A stretch of 64,000 nucleotides of DNA from Gemmatimonadaceae bacterium (GCA_036273715.1 DASUHB010000064.1:46495-110494); one strand, 5' to 3'; counted from the stretch's first letter, positions 8,727 to 18,295 are shown. Made by a program: numbers and translations. Notes: a model not told the origin generated them from the sequence alone.

Positions 8727-10532
8727 TTAGGCGCCGGCCATCTCCTTCGCCCTCGCAACCACCGCTTCCATCTCGCTTCTGTACCTGGAGAACGTGTCGT
8801 CGACGATGGCGAGGGTCGGAATCTGCCCCTCGCGAAGCGACAGCGTGTGCGGGTTCCACGCGTTGAATCCGGATTCGTGCACACCGCTGCTGCCGCGCCC
8901 GGGCGCCGGATGACTCAAATGCTGGAAGAACCGCGCATACCGCTCGACCTGGTCGCGAACCTCCCATTGCGAGAACGACTGGTAGAGCGGCAGGAACGAG
9001 AGCAAGGCATCGTAGTGCATCTCGCCGCAGGCGAGCACGTGCGGATGTGCGCGCGCAATGTCGTGCACCAGCCGGCGCGTGCCCTCGTGCATGTCGGCGT
9101 GCGGGTTGTTCACCCATCCGCCAGCGATGTCGAGAAAGTACGCGTCCACATCGTATCGCTCGATCGCATCCAGAATCCGGGCGGACAACCAGCTGCGCCA
9201 TGCATCGATGCCGAGATTCATGTACGACAGCCATCCTTCCTGATGACGGTCGTTGTCCCAGTCGACCCAATTCACGTCGAGTGGGTCGCCGTCGATCTTT
9301 GCCGTCGCGGCGCCGGCGATCCGGGCGAAGTGTTCCGCGTGCCGGTTTGCCGCGTTCGCGCCGAACATCGGCATGAATTTGACGCCGAGCGCGTGGCCTT
9401 CCGCCACGAGACGCCGCAGTCCGGTTTCGCCGCCTAACCGATCGGCCGCGCGGTACCGCGGATAATCCCAATAGTACCGGCCGTCCCACGATGGCAGAAA
9501 CGCCAACATGCGTTCGCCGGGAATGCGCGCCGCTGCCCAACGCACGATCTCGAGCATGCGCGCGAAATCGTTGAACACATAGCCTGTGTAATGCATGCCG
9601 TGCAGCGTCAGCACGAGCGCCGTGCGGCGGAGCCAGTCGGGCACGTCTCGACGCGCATCCCACTGCGTTAGGCGATAGGCCTCGCGCAGGTGCGCGAAGT
9701 GAGGCGTCACCGCCGCGGCGAGCGTCGTCTCCCGCGCCAAGCGCCACGTCGGTGTGGTCACATCGGATTGGGGAAGCCAGCCCTCGGTCTCGTGCACGGC
9801 CTCGACGCGATATGCGCGTTCGCCAGGCTGAAAGTAGAAGCGTTTAGTCCGCACGCGATCATCGAGCGAGGACATCGAGATGAAGGATCCGTCGCTCGTC
9901 TGGATGATCGCGAGCGGCGTGGGCATGCCGCCCGCCTCGCCCGGGCCAAAGAGATCGCCGCCGCTGAACGGATAGCCAAGCAGCATTTCGTCGTCGTGCG
10001 GATCGAAAAACGGCGCGCCCGATGCCGAGACGCGCCCGCGCGGCACGCCGCGCACGATGGTCGTGATCGCCTTGATGCGCTTCGGCATGGACGCGCGCAC
10101 GGTCCACGTCAGCGCGCGCTCCCCCTCTCGCCGCAGGTCGAGCGTCACGCGGCCTGACGTGTGCTCCTGTCCGCCCGCCCAGACCAGCCGATCGCAATCC
10201 ACGCGCATTCCGTCGCCGACGGATGCTGCGTGCATTGCGCCGCCGTCCAGCCCGTAGACGTTCTCGTACGTGAACACGAGCACGCCGAAGCGGTAGCCCT
10301 GAAACGCGACCGACGGCTCGGGGAAATCCAAGCTGAACTTGTCGTAGGCGCGTCCGCGCGGCGGAACGAATACCTCGCTCGTGGACGTGAGCGGGAGCAC
10401 CTCGATGGGCGCCGCGGCCCGCGCCACGGCCTCTGCGCCGCACAACCCACCGTTAGGCGCGCCGAGGAGCGCGCCTGCGGAGGTCGCGCCAAGAATCTTG
10501 AGGGCGTCCCGCCGCGAGACGGGACCCGTCAC
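8727..10532 (-). CDS. TAT-exported hypothetical protein (possibly glycoside-hydrolase-like)
   Basis: 601 aa with a twin-arginine signal (SRRDALKILGATSAGALLG). Lies 22 nt downstream of, and co-directional with, the GH127 gene. I cannot name a family; the hydrolase-like idea is inference from context and composition. Confidence 0.65.
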   Translation of the reverse strand: MTGPVSRRDALKILGATSAGALLGAPNGGLCGAEAVARAAAPIEVLPLTSTSEVFVPPRGRAYDKFSLDFPEPSVAFQGYRFGVLVFTYENVYGLDGGAMHAASVGDGMRVDCDRLVWAGGQEHTSGRVTLDLRREGERALTWTVRASMPKRIKAITTIVRGVPRGRVSASGAPFFDPHDDEMLLGYPFSGGDLFGPGEAGGMPTPLAIIQTSDGSFISMSSLDDRVRTKRFYFQPGERAYRVEAVHETEGWLPQSDVTTPTWRLARETTLAAAVTPHFAHLREAYRLTQWDARRDVPDWLRRTALVLTLHGMHYTGYVFNDFARMLEIVRWAAARIPGERMLAFLPSWDGRYYWDYPRYRAADRLGGETGLRRLVAEGHALGVKFMPMFGANAANRHAEHFARIAGAATAKIDGDPLDVNWVDWDNDRHQEGWLSYMNLGIDAWRSWLSARILDAIERYDVDAYFLDIAGGWVNNPHADMHEGTRRLVHDIARAHPHVLACGEMHYDALLSFLPLYQSFSQWEVRDQVERYARFFQHLSHPAPGRGSSGVHESGFNAWNPHTLSLREGQIPTLAIVDDTFSRYRSEMEAVVARAKEMAGA

Positions 10533-10554
10533 TCGGCCCCGCGCCGTCGGCCGT

Positions 10555-12492
10555 TCATGCGCCGCGCGGCGTCACGTTCCAGTACACCGCGTACCGCTCG
10601 TCGATGACCGTGTTGAGCGGCACCAGCGTCACGTCCGTCGCCTGCCCAACGGTGTGGAATTCGAGCGGCGCTCCGGCGGCCGACCGCTTCGTGATCCACG
10701 CCGACGGATCGGCGTCCAATGCCGTGAACGACGGCGCCGGCACGGGATCGGCCTTGTACTCGGGGACGGTGCGGGGCTTCGTGGGCTCGGCGCGCAGCAC
10801 ATCGGGTGTCAAGCCGGCGCTGCCTAACCGGCCGGCGAGCACCAGCGGCCCGTACATCAGGGCCTGCACGGCCGGATTGTCCGGCGTCGGATCCGCGTGC
10901 AGGCCCATCGGCAGCGCCATCTCCAGCCGATCGCCATCCTTCCACGTGCGGTCGACCACCAGATAGCTGCTCGGACCCGCGAACGCGTCCAGCCGCCGGC
11001 CGTTGAGCGTCGCCGAACCGGCGCGCCCAACCCAGTAAGGCACACGCACGCGCATCGCGAAGCGCGTCGGGCGCGCGCAGTGCACGGTGAGGCGCGTCGA
11101 TTCCTCGAGCGGAAACCGCGTCTCTTGCGTGAGGCGCACGCCCCGCTCCCGATCGTCCAGCTCCGACGCGATGAACAGATTCACGTACACGCCCGCGTCG
11201 TCGTGAAAATAGATGCTGTCGCCGAACTTCGAGTACGACTCGAGTCCCGTCCCGTTGCAGCACCAGAACGACTCGTTCGGATGACCGAACAACTTCCAGT
11301 AGCCCGATGCGAGCGGCACATAGTACAGCGTCATCCCGTCGGCCGGATGCTGCGTCCCCAGGATGCCGTTGAACAGCGCGCGTTCGTAAAAGTCCGCGCA
11401 CCGCGGATCGGCAGTCCAACCGAATACATGGCGCGTCAGCTTGAGCATGTTGTACGTCGTGCAACATTCCTGCGTGTATCCGCTCAATTGCGTCGACAGC
11501 ACATCGGGCTCCGCCTGCCATCCTTCGCCGTTGCTCGTCCCGCCGGTGCAGTACGCGCGATGCCCCGTGACCTCTCGCCAGAAGTAATCGGCGACTGCGT
11601 GGTACCGCGCATCGCCGACGACCTCGTACCGGCGCGCCGCGCCGATGATCTTGGGAATGGTCGTGTTGACGTGCAGTCCCTTGAGCTCGTCGCGCCCCAT
11701 GGCCAGCGGCGCGAACACCCGCTCGTGGTCGAACCGGTGCGCCAGCTGCGCCCACTGCGCATCGCCGGTCACCGCCGAGAGATTGTACAGCACTTCGTTC
11801 ATTCCGCCGTACTCGCGCTCGAGCACGCGCGCCATCGCCTCGTCGCCTAACGGAGAGACCCAGCCGCGCGTCCACGCGGCCAGACCCGTGAGCACCGTCA
11901 TCGCCTGCGCGTTGCCGGTGTACGCGTACGTGTCCAACAGCCCGGCGATGATCTTGTGGATCGTGTAGAACGGCGCCCACACGTTCTTCCCTTCGCGCAA
12001 TCGGTCGAAGAACTCTTCGGGAAACGCGCTGACGTACCCGTTGCCATGTGCTTGCTGGCACTGCGCCAGGACGCTCACCACGTACGCGCCGCGCTTCCGC
12101 AGTTCCGGATCGCGCATGCTCGTGCTCATGAGCGCGCACCCCGACATGAAGTGCCCGGTATAATGCCCGCGCAGCTCGTTCACCGGCGCTTCCCAACCGC
12201 CGAGAGGTTGGGCCGATGATGCAAGACCGGCTGTGATGCGGAACATGTGCAGCAGCCGGTCGGGATCGATGCTCAGCAGATGACGGCGCGCAATTTCAGT
12301 TTGATCGAGAAACGGACCGGGGCGCAGTTGGACGCGCGCGAGATCGAATGGTTGCACAATGCTGGGGTCGCTCGCAGCGCCCGAGAACCATCGCCGCCGT
12401 GCAGCCAGCGCGCGTCGCGGCCAGATGGTCGCGGCCGCCGCTGCGGCCGCCGTGCCAATCACGAACTCTCGGCGCGTCACGTCGCTACTCAT
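10555..12492 (-). CDS. Glycoside hydrolase family 127 (DUF1680) beta-L-arabinofuranosidase-like protein, TAT-exported
   Basis: Twin-arginine signal (TRREFVIGTAAAAAAA). DUF1680-type N-terminus (VQLRPGPFLDQ...DPDRLLHMFRITAGL), LRGHYTGHFMSG, and the Cys-rich segments YTQECCTTYN and SFWCCNGTG, which correspond to the Zn/catalytic Cys region of HypBA1-type enzymes. Confidence 0.8.
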   Translation of the reverse strand: MSSDVTRREFVIGTAAAAAAATIWPRRALAARRRWFSGAASDPSIVQPFDLARVQLRPGPFLDQTEIARRHLLSIDPDRLLHMFRITAGLASSAQPLGGWEAPVNELRGHYTGHFMSGCALMSTSMRDPELRKRGAYVVSVLAQCQQAHGNGYVSAFPEEFFDRLREGKNVWAPFYTIHKIIAGLLDTYAYTGNAQAMTVLTGLAAWTRGWVSPLGDEAMARVLEREYGGMNEVLYNLSAVTGDAQWAQLAHRFDHERVFAPLAMGRDELKGLHVNTTIPKIIGAARRYEVVGDARYHAVADYFWREVTGHRAYCTGGTSNGEGWQAEPDVLSTQLSGYTQECCTTYNMLKLTRHVFGWTADPRCADFYERALFNGILGTQHPADGMTLYYVPLASGYWKLFGHPNESFWCCNGTGLESYSKFGDSIYFHDDAGVYVNLFIASELDDRERGVRLTQETRFPLEESTRLTVHCARPTRFAMRVRVPYWVGRAGSATLNGRRLDAFAGPSSYLVVDRTWKDGDRLEMALPMGLHADPTPDNPAVQALMYGPLVLAGRLGSAGLTPDVLRAEPTKPRTVPEYKADPVPAPSFTALDADPSAWITKRSAAGAPLEFHTVGQATDVTLVPLNTVIDERYAVYWNVTPRGA

Positions 12493-12787
12493 TCGATCTC
12501 ACTCCGCGCTCGTCGGCCAGATCGGGTCGCATCGCGAGCCCGCCGCGCGCGCCCCTCCATTTTGCGATGCTACGCCGAGGCACTCGCGGCGTCAATACAA
12601 CGTCCCGCAAGGATAGAGGTACAGTTTGGATCGCTCGGCTGCTCCGCGCTGGATCCAGCTCGGCTCGTGAACATCATTCGTTGTTTGTTGGGCTCTTCGG
12701 GAATTCCCGGGAACGTGGTCGGGAAAAAAATCGAACGAATGGTAGAACATGGATCGTGAGGCGTGCCGGACGGTCAGAGTGCTACGC

Positions 12788-12900
12788 TCATGAAGACGCG
12801 GACAAAGCACGACACAACGGACACGACACGAGCAACACCAAGGCTTTGATTTTTGTCGGTGCTTTGTCCGTTGTGTCCTGCTGTGTCCGCGTCTTCATGA
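12788..12900. repeat. 113-bp imperfect palindrome (long hairpin) in the GH127/bioF divergent intergenic region
   Basis: TCATGAAGACGCGGACA (12788-12804) pairs perfectly with TGTCCGCGTCTTCATGA (12884-12900). Pairing continues inward, with 13 consecutive pairs at 12811-12823/12865-12877 and a few mismatches. The left arm (12793-12843) contains no T. Confidence 0.8.
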
Positions 12901-12971
12901 ACGTAGATGCAAGCCATGAGGGAACAGCATCCCGGCCACTCGCTCAGGAGAAGAACCGGTACCGCAAGCGC

Positions 12972-13001
12972 TTGACCGCGCGTCATCAGCGCGCGTAGTC
13001 T
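12972..13001 (+). promoter_or_regulatory. Candidate sigma-70-type promoter of the bio operon (possible leaderless bioF mRNA)
   Basis: TTGACC (12972-12977), an 18-nt spacer, then TAGTCT (12996-13001). The bioF ATG is at 13009, only 7 nt after the -10 element. Pattern match only. Confidence 0.3.
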
Positions 13002-13008
13002 CCGCACC

Positions 13009-14217
13009 ATGCCAACTCGTGCGATCGCACAATCTTCCTCGGCGCTCGATACTCTGCTTCGCCGCGACCTCGCCGTGCTCGACCATGCGGACTTGCGCCG
13101 CGAGACGCATGCGGTGCGCGGCCGCCGGGGCGCCGCTGTGTCCGCCGACGGGCGCGCGGCCGTCGACTTCTCGTCTAACGACTACCTGGGCCTGGCCGGC
13201 GATCCGCGTATCGCCAGTGCGATAGCGGCCGCGCTCGCGCGTGAAGGCACGGGGGCGGCCGCCGCCCGACTCATTTCCGGAACGAACGAGCTCCACGAGC
13301 AGCTCGAGCGAGCGCTCGCCGTGTTCAAGGGGACCGAAGCCGCGCTGCTCTTTTCCAGCGGCTACGCCGCCAACACGGGTGCGATACCGGCGCTCGCCTC
13401 CCGGGGCGACATCATTTACGCCGACGCCCTCAACCATGCGTCACTCATCGATGGATGCCGGCTGTCGCGCGCCGAGGTCAGGATCTTTCCGCATCTCGAC
13501 GTCGATCGGCTCGACGATCTGCTGCGCGATGACGCCGGCCACACGGGTCGTCGATGGATCGTCGTCGACGCCGTGTTTTCGATGGACGGCGACGTCTTCC
13601 CCCTCGACGCGCTGGTGGCGCTGGCGCGCGAGCACGGCGCGTACACCTACGTCGACGACGCCCACGGCACCGGTGTGTTAGGCGCAACCGGCCGCGGGTC
13701 GGCCGAGCACTACGATGTCGAGCGCGACGTCGACGTCGCCATGGGCACCCTTGGCAAGGCTATGGGAACCACCGGCGCGTTCATCGCCGGCTCGCACCCG
13801 CTGCGCGACTGGTTGCTCAATCGCGCCCGCGCGTTCGTGTTCACAACCGCCGCGCCGCCCGCGCTCGCGGCGGGCACGCTCGAAGCCCTGCGCATCGTCG
13901 AGACGGAACCCTGGCGCCGCGATGCCCTGCGCGCCAACGCGCGCTCGATCCGCGACGGCCTGCGCGCCCTCGGCTACGATGCCGCCGGCAGCGCCGACGG
14001 GCACATCATTCCCGTGATCATCCGCGACGCCGCCGAAACGGCTCGGCTGGGCGCCGCGCTGCGGGCGCGCGGCCTGCTCGTCGGCGCCGTGCGGCCGCCG
14101 ACCGTCCCGTTAGGCAGCTCGCGGCTGCGCATCACCGCCAGCGCGGCCCACACGCTCGAACAGATCGCGCGCCTGCTCGAAGCCCTCGGCGACCTGCTGC
14201 CGCGGCGCGGCTCGTGA
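13009..14217 (+). CDS. bioF: 8-amino-7-oxononanoate synthase
   Basis: PLP-dependent acyl-CoA transferase features (SGYAANTGAI, NHASLIDG, SMDGD, GTLGKAMG). First gene of the bioFADB run. Confidence 0.9.
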   Translation: MPTRAIAQSSSALDTLLRRDLAVLDHADLRRETHAVRGRRGAAVSADGRAAVDFSSNDYLGLAGDPRIASAIAAALAREGTGAAAARLISGTNELHEQLERALAVFKGTEAALLFSSGYAANTGAIPALASRGDIIYADALNHASLIDGCRLSRAEVRIFPHLDVDRLDDLLRDDAGHTGRRWIVVDAVFSMDGDVFPLDALVALAREHGAYTYVDDAHGTGVLGATGRGSAEHYDVERDVDVAMGTLGKAMGTTGAFIAGSHPLRDWLLNRARAFVFTTAAPPALAAGTLEALRIVETEPWRRDALRANARSIRDGLRALGYDAAGSADGHIIPVIIRDAAETARLGAALRARGLLVGAVRPPTVPLGSSRLRITASAAHTLEQIARLLEALGDLLPRRGS

Positions 14218-15482
14218 CCGCCGCCGCGTGGGCCGCGCTCGACGCGCGATACGTCTGGCACCCGTATACCCAACACGGCACCGCACCACTGCCGGTCCCA
14301 ATCGTCCGCGCCGAGGGCGCACGTCTGCATACCGCCGATGGTCGCGTCCTGCTCGACGCGATTTCCTCGTGGTGGGTCACGCTCCACGGGCACTGCAATC
14401 CGGCGATCGCCGCCGCAATCGCCGAGCAGGCGGCCACCCTCGAGCAGGTGATCTTCGCCGGGTGCACCCACGAACCCGCCGCGCGCCTCGCCGCCGAGCT
14501 CGTGAACGTGCTGCCGCCCGGCCTAACGCGCGTGTTCTTCTCCGACGACGGCTCGACCGCCGTCGAGGTCGCGGTCAAGACCGCGCTCCAGTTCTGGCGC
14601 AACAACGGCGAAAGCCGCCCGCTCATCGCCGCCCTCGAACACGCTTATCACGGCGACACCTTCGGCGCCATGAGCGTGAGCGCCCGCGGCACGTTCACTG
14701 ATCCCTTTGCCGACCGCCTCTGGTCCGTCGAGCGGCTCCCCGATCCCGTCGATGGGGACACCGTCGCCGCCTTACGCACGCTCATCGACCGGCGCGGCTC
14801 CGAGCTCGCCGCCCTCATCGTCGAACCGCTGCTGCTCGGCGCCGGCGGCATGCGCGTCTGGTCCGAGCACACCTTGCGCGCGCTCGCCGAGTGCTGCGCC
14901 AAGGCGCACGTGCTCCTGATCGCCGACGAGGTGCTGACGGGGTTCGGACGCACGGGACCCCTCTTCGCCTGCGCGCGCGCCGGCGTCGCGCCCGACATCA
15001 TGTGCCTGTCCAAGGGCCTAACGGGAGGCGCGCTCCCGCTCGGCGCCACGATCACGACGGAGCGCATCTTCGAGGGATTTCGGAGTCAGGATCGCCGGCG
15101 GACGCTGTTTCATGGACACTCGTATACGGCCAATCCCATCGCGTGCGCCGCCGGACGCGCCAGCCTCGCGCTCCTCGACGCCGACTCGGCGCGGAGCCGC
15201 GAGGCCATCGAGCGAGCGCATCGCGAGCACATGGCGCGGCTCGCGGCGCACCCGCGCGTGCGTCGAACGCGCGTGCTCGGCACCATTGCCGCATTCGACG
15301 TCGATGGCGAGGAGGGGTATCTCAGCTCCGTCGGCAGCGAACTTGGCGCATTCGCGCTCCGCAACGGCGTGCTGCTCCGCCCGCTCGGCAACGTCGTCTA
15401 CGTGCTGCCGCCGTTCTGCACCACCGCCGACGATCTCGCCGTGATCTATCGCGTCATCGAGCGCTTTCTCGAGTCCAGATGA
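14214..15482 (+). CDS. bioA: Adenosylmethionine-8-amino-7-oxononanoate aminotransferase
   Basis: GTG 14214 overlaps the bioF TGA (GTGA). The N-terminus YVWHPYTQH and WWVTLHGHCNP are typical of BioA. The 642-aa track ORF is an off-frame extension across bioF. Confidence 0.9.
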   Translation: MTAAAWAALDARYVWHPYTQHGTAPLPVPIVRAEGARLHTADGRVLLDAISSWWVTLHGHCNPAIAAAIAEQAATLEQVIFAGCTHEPAARLAAELVNVLPPGLTRVFFSDDGSTAVEVAVKTALQFWRNNGESRPLIAALEHAYHGDTFGAMSVSARGTFTDPFADRLWSVERLPDPVDGDTVAALRTLIDRRGSELAALIVEPLLLGAGGMRVWSEHTLRALAECCAKAHVLLIADEVLTGFGRTGPLFACARAGVAPDIMCLSKGLTGGALPLGATITTERIFEGFRSQDRRRTLFHGHSYTANPIACAAGRASLALLDADSARSREAIERAHREHMARLAAHPRVRRTRVLGTIAAFDVDGEEGYLSSVGSELGAFALRNGVLLRPLGNVVYVLPPFCTTADDLAVIYRVIERFLESR

Positions 15483-16210
15483 TCCGGTTAGGCGTGACTG
15501 GAACCGACACCGGCGTCGGCAAAACCACCGTCAGCCGCGCGCTCCTCGGCCTCATGCGTGCCGACGGACTTCGCGTCGCCGCGATGAAACCGGTCGAGAC
15601 CGGCGTCGCCGCCGATGACCCGGCATCCGACGCACGCGCGCTCGCGTCGGCTGCCGGCACCGCCGCGCCGATGCGCGATGTGTGTCCCATCGTGCTCGGC
15701 GAACCGCTCGCTCCGTGGATGGCCGCACGACGCGCCGGCCGCGCGATCTCGATGGACGTCCTCGACGGCGCGCAGCGCCGCCTTTCGACCGACGCCGATG
15801 CGGTGCTCGTCGAGGGCGCCGGCGGCGTCCTCGTTCCGATCACCGAACGCGACACCTATGTCACGCTCTTCCGGCGTTGGGCCCTCGATGCAATCGTCGT
15901 CGCGGCCAATCGACTCGGCGCCATCAACCACACGCTGCTCACGGTGTACGCACTACGAGATGCCGCCGTGCCGGTGCTCGGCGTCGTGTTGAATGAAATC
16001 GACGGCGCCCCGCCGGATGTTGCACGCGCCACGAACCTCGAATCGCTCCAGGCGTTGCTTCCGGATACGCCGGTGGTGAGCTTCCCTTGGCTCCCCGCGC
16101 CGGCCGACCATGCGTCGCTGGCGCGCACCGCCGCGGCAAGCAGACTGCGCGAGCTGATCGCCCGCGCCAGGCTCGGACACTCTGTCGACGAAGGACGTGT
16201 GAATCGATGA
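15479..16210 (+). CDS. bioD: Dethiobiotin synthetase
   Basis: ATG 15479 overlaps the bioA stop (ATGA). The N-terminus [19 protein letters not shown] matches the BioD P-loop. Confidence 0.9.
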   Translation: MIRLGVTGTDTGVGKTTVSRALLGLMRADGLRVAAMKPVETGVAADDPASDARALASAAGTAAPMRDVCPIVLGEPLAPWMAARRAGRAISMDVLDGAQRRLSTDADAVLVEGAGGVLVPITERDTYVTLFRRWALDAIVVAANRLGAINHTLLTVYALRDAAVPVLGVVLNEIDGAPPDVARATNLESLQALLPDTPVVSFPWLPAPADHASLARTAAASRLRELIARARLGHSVDEGRVNR

Positions 16211-17256
16211 CGTACGAGTACGAATTCCGCGATTGGGATGCGCTCGCCGGACAGTCGCTGGCCGGCGAAATCGTTAGGCGCGAAGATGCGCGCGCAGTGC
16301 TCGCGGCGCCGGACGAAGCGCTGCTCGCGCAGCTCGCCGCTGCCTACCGCGTGCGGCGCCACTATTGGCAGAACCGCGTGCGATTGCACTTCCTGCTCAA
16401 CGCGCAGAGCGGCCTGTGTCCGGAGGACTGCCACTACTGCTCGCAGTCGGCGATCTCGACGGCGGAAATCGCCAAGTATCCGCTGCTCGCGCGCGAAAAG
16501 ATCCTCGCCGCGGCCGAGCGCGCGGCAAGCGTCAAGGCCGGCACGTTCTGTCTCGTGATCTCCGGTCGCACGCCCGGCGAGCGGGTCTTTCAGAAAGTGT
16601 TGGACGCGGTACGCGCCATCCGCAGCACGTACGACCTGCGCGTCTGCGCGTGTCTCGGATTGCTGAGCGAAGAGCAGGCGCGCCGCCTGCGCGACGCGGG
16701 CGTCACGCAGGTCAATCACAATCTGAACACCTCGGAACGGTTCCACGCCGAAGTATGCAGCACGCACACCTTCGACGACCGCCGCCTAACGGTAGAGCAC
16801 GTGCGGGCCGCCGGGCTCAAGACCTGCTCAGGCGGCATCGTCGGCATGGGCGAGTCCGACGATGACATCATCGACCTCGCGCTTTCCTTGCGCGCGCTCG
16901 AGGTGCGCAGCGTCCCGCTCAACTTCCTGATTCCGATTGCAGGCACGCCATTCGCCGATCGCGGCGCGCTCGACCCGCGCCGCTGTCTGCGCGTCTTGTG
17001 TCTCTTCCGGCTGCTGCTCCCATCGCAGGAGCTCCGTATTGCCGGCGGACGCGAAGTGCACTTGCGATCGATGCAGGTGATGGGACTCTATCCGGCAAAC
17101 TCCATCTTCATCGGCGACTACCTGACCACGCCCGGCCAGGCGGCGCGCGACGACCTGGAGATGATTCGCGACGCCGGCTTCGTGCTCGAAGCCCCCGATG
17201 GATCGCCGCTCACTGGAGATCCACTCGAGGGCATCACCGAGACGGTGACAGCGTGA
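16207..17256 (+). CDS. bioB: Biotin synthase (radical SAM)
   Basis: ATG 16207 overlaps the bioD stop. Contains the [11 protein letters not shown] radical-SAM cluster motif, and [25 protein letters not shown] parallels E. coli BioB [26 protein letters not shown]. Confidence 0.92.
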   Translation: MTYEYEFRDWDALAGQSLAGEIVRREDARAVLAAPDEALLAQLAAAYRVRRHYWQNRVRLHFLLNAQSGLCPEDCHYCSQSAISTAEIAKYPLLAREKILAAAERAASVKAGTFCLVISGRTPGERVFQKVLDAVRAIRSTYDLRVCACLGLLSEEQARRLRDAGVTQVNHNLNTSERFHAEVCSTHTFDDRRLTVEHVRAAGLKTCSGGIVGMGESDDDIIDLALSLRALEVRSVPLNFLIPIAGTPFADRGALDPRRCLRVLCLFRLLLPSQELRIAGGREVHLRSMQVMGLYPANSIFIGDYLTTPGQAARDDLEMIRDAGFVLEAPDGSPLTGDPLEGITETVTA

Positions 17257-17680
17257 ATGTCAGCTCGCCGCGTGCCGGATGGCCGTCGCGGGCCATCGTG
17301 CGCCACCGGATCAGGTAAGGCCCCGGTGCTAACGGACCACGCACGGCGGCCACGACTGCCGCGGTGTCGCTGCCATCGGACAACGAGAGCGGCGCCAATG
17401 GAACCGGCGCGCCGGCCGCCGTGCTGAGCGTGACGCTGGTCGCCGCCAGCTCCGGTTTCTCGGTGAACCAGAACTCGAGCGCTTTGGGCGGTACGCCTAA
17501 CGTGGACCCGTTGCTCGGCGCCGAACGTTTGAGGTGGGTGTGGAACGCGGCGAATCCGCTCGCGCCCACGACGCATAGCGCCACCGATGCACACGCGATC
17601 GCTGCGCGTCTCGCGACGGCCGCCCGCGACACGCCGCGCGCGGCCGCGCGCCGCCCTCCTGTATCCTTCGATTGCCGCAT
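17234..17680 (-). CDS. copC: CopC-domain periplasmic copper-binding protein
   Basis: A signal/anchor is followed by a mature N-terminus [13 protein letters not shown] (the H-x-H Cu site of the CopC/YobA family). The C-terminal part reads [19 protein letters not shown]. Confidence 0.75.
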   Translation of the reverse strand: MRQSKDTGGRRAAARGVSRAAVARRAAIACASVALCVVGASGFAAFHTHLKRSAPSNGSTLGVPPKALEFWFTEKPELAATSVTLSTAAGAPVPLAPLSLSDGSDTAAVVAAVRGPLAPGPYLIRWRTMARDGHPARGELTFTLSPSR

Positions 17681-17737
17681 CGAGTCTCCTCAGTCCCTTT
17701 CAGTGACCGCGGCGCAGCTCCGGTGCGCCGCTTCCTC

Positions 17738-18295
17738 ATGAGCAAGATGACCGCCGTGCACGCCGGGTTGAAGAGGCGCTGCCTCTCGCATCGACTCGTT
17801 GGCGGCGTGTCGCTTACACTATTAGTAGTAGCCGTGGCCGCCGCGGCATCGTGCGACCATCCGGGCGCGCCCAACACTGCGCCCGCGGCGCGGCCACTGC
17901 CTCTCTTTCATCTCGCACTGCTGCGCCGCACGTCGGACTTTTTCTACGGCCTTACGGTCATGCGCTGCGGCGACGGAACGCCGTACTGGACCTTCGGTGA
18001 TCGCGGCGCGAAGGGCGCCCCGCCCGACACCGTCACCTACGGCGTGCCTCCGCGCGGATACGAAACCCACATCGGTCCGCTCTCGCTCGACCCGGGCTGC
18101 TATCGCGTCGAGATCACCGGCGGCGCCAGCACGCGATTCAGTGTGGAACGCGATGGTCGCATTGTCGCGCTCGATGATTCCGCCATCGTCACAACGACCA
18201 CGCTCGCGCCGGACTCGACTAAGCATCGATCCGACACCACGACGCATCCCTCCGATACTGCCAAGCATCCCCGGGACACGACCATTCATCTCTGA
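17738..18295 (+). CDS. Hypothetical lipoprotein with a His/Thr/Asp-rich C-terminal tail
   Basis: Lipobox-like LLVVAVAAAASC. The C-terminus reads DSTKHRSDTTTHPSDTAKHPRDTTIHL. Divergent from copC. The start (17738 or 17747) is uncertain. Confidence 0.5.
   Translation: MSKMTAVHAGLKRRCLSHRLVGGVSLTLLVVAVAAAASCDHPGAPNTAPAARPLPLFHLALLRRTSDFFYGLTVMRCGDGTPYWTFGDRGAKGAPPDTVTYGVPPRGYETHIGPLSLDPGCYRVEITGGASTRFSVERDGRIVALDDSAIVTTTTLAPDSTKHRSDTTTHPSDTAKHPRDTTIHL

Noticed and set aside
12790-12849. Small ORF inside the palindrome arm, encoding MKTRTKHDTTDTTRATPRL (with a mirror-image ORF on the other strand). It is superficially similar to the D-T-T repeats of the exported proteins.
   Set aside because: Both strands produce similar peptides simply because of the inverted repeat. 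There is no Shine-Dalgarno sequence, no hydrophobic segment and no independent support. I kept it as a structural repeat, not as a CDS.
12493-13008. AT-richer intergenic islands (12493-13008, 21043-21351, 29763-30101, 36249-36893) as mobile-element scars or genomic-island borders.
   Set aside because: No transposase, integrase, terminal inverted repeats with target duplications, or tRNA flanks were seen. They are more simply divergent promoter or leader regions.
13554-15482. Track ORFs that suggest N-terminally extended or fused proteins: 13554..15482 (BioA), 14891..16210 (BioD), 16087..17256 (BioB), 22840..24525 (EgtA-like), 43762..46614 (ADOP), 50492..51997 (DapA-like), 52275..54158 (FAD oxidoreductase) and 58902..60077 (PanD).
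   Set aside because: The extensions run over the preceding gene in a different frame and have off-frame composition. Internal ATG/GTG starts that form ATGA/GTGA overlaps give N-termini that align with known family members.
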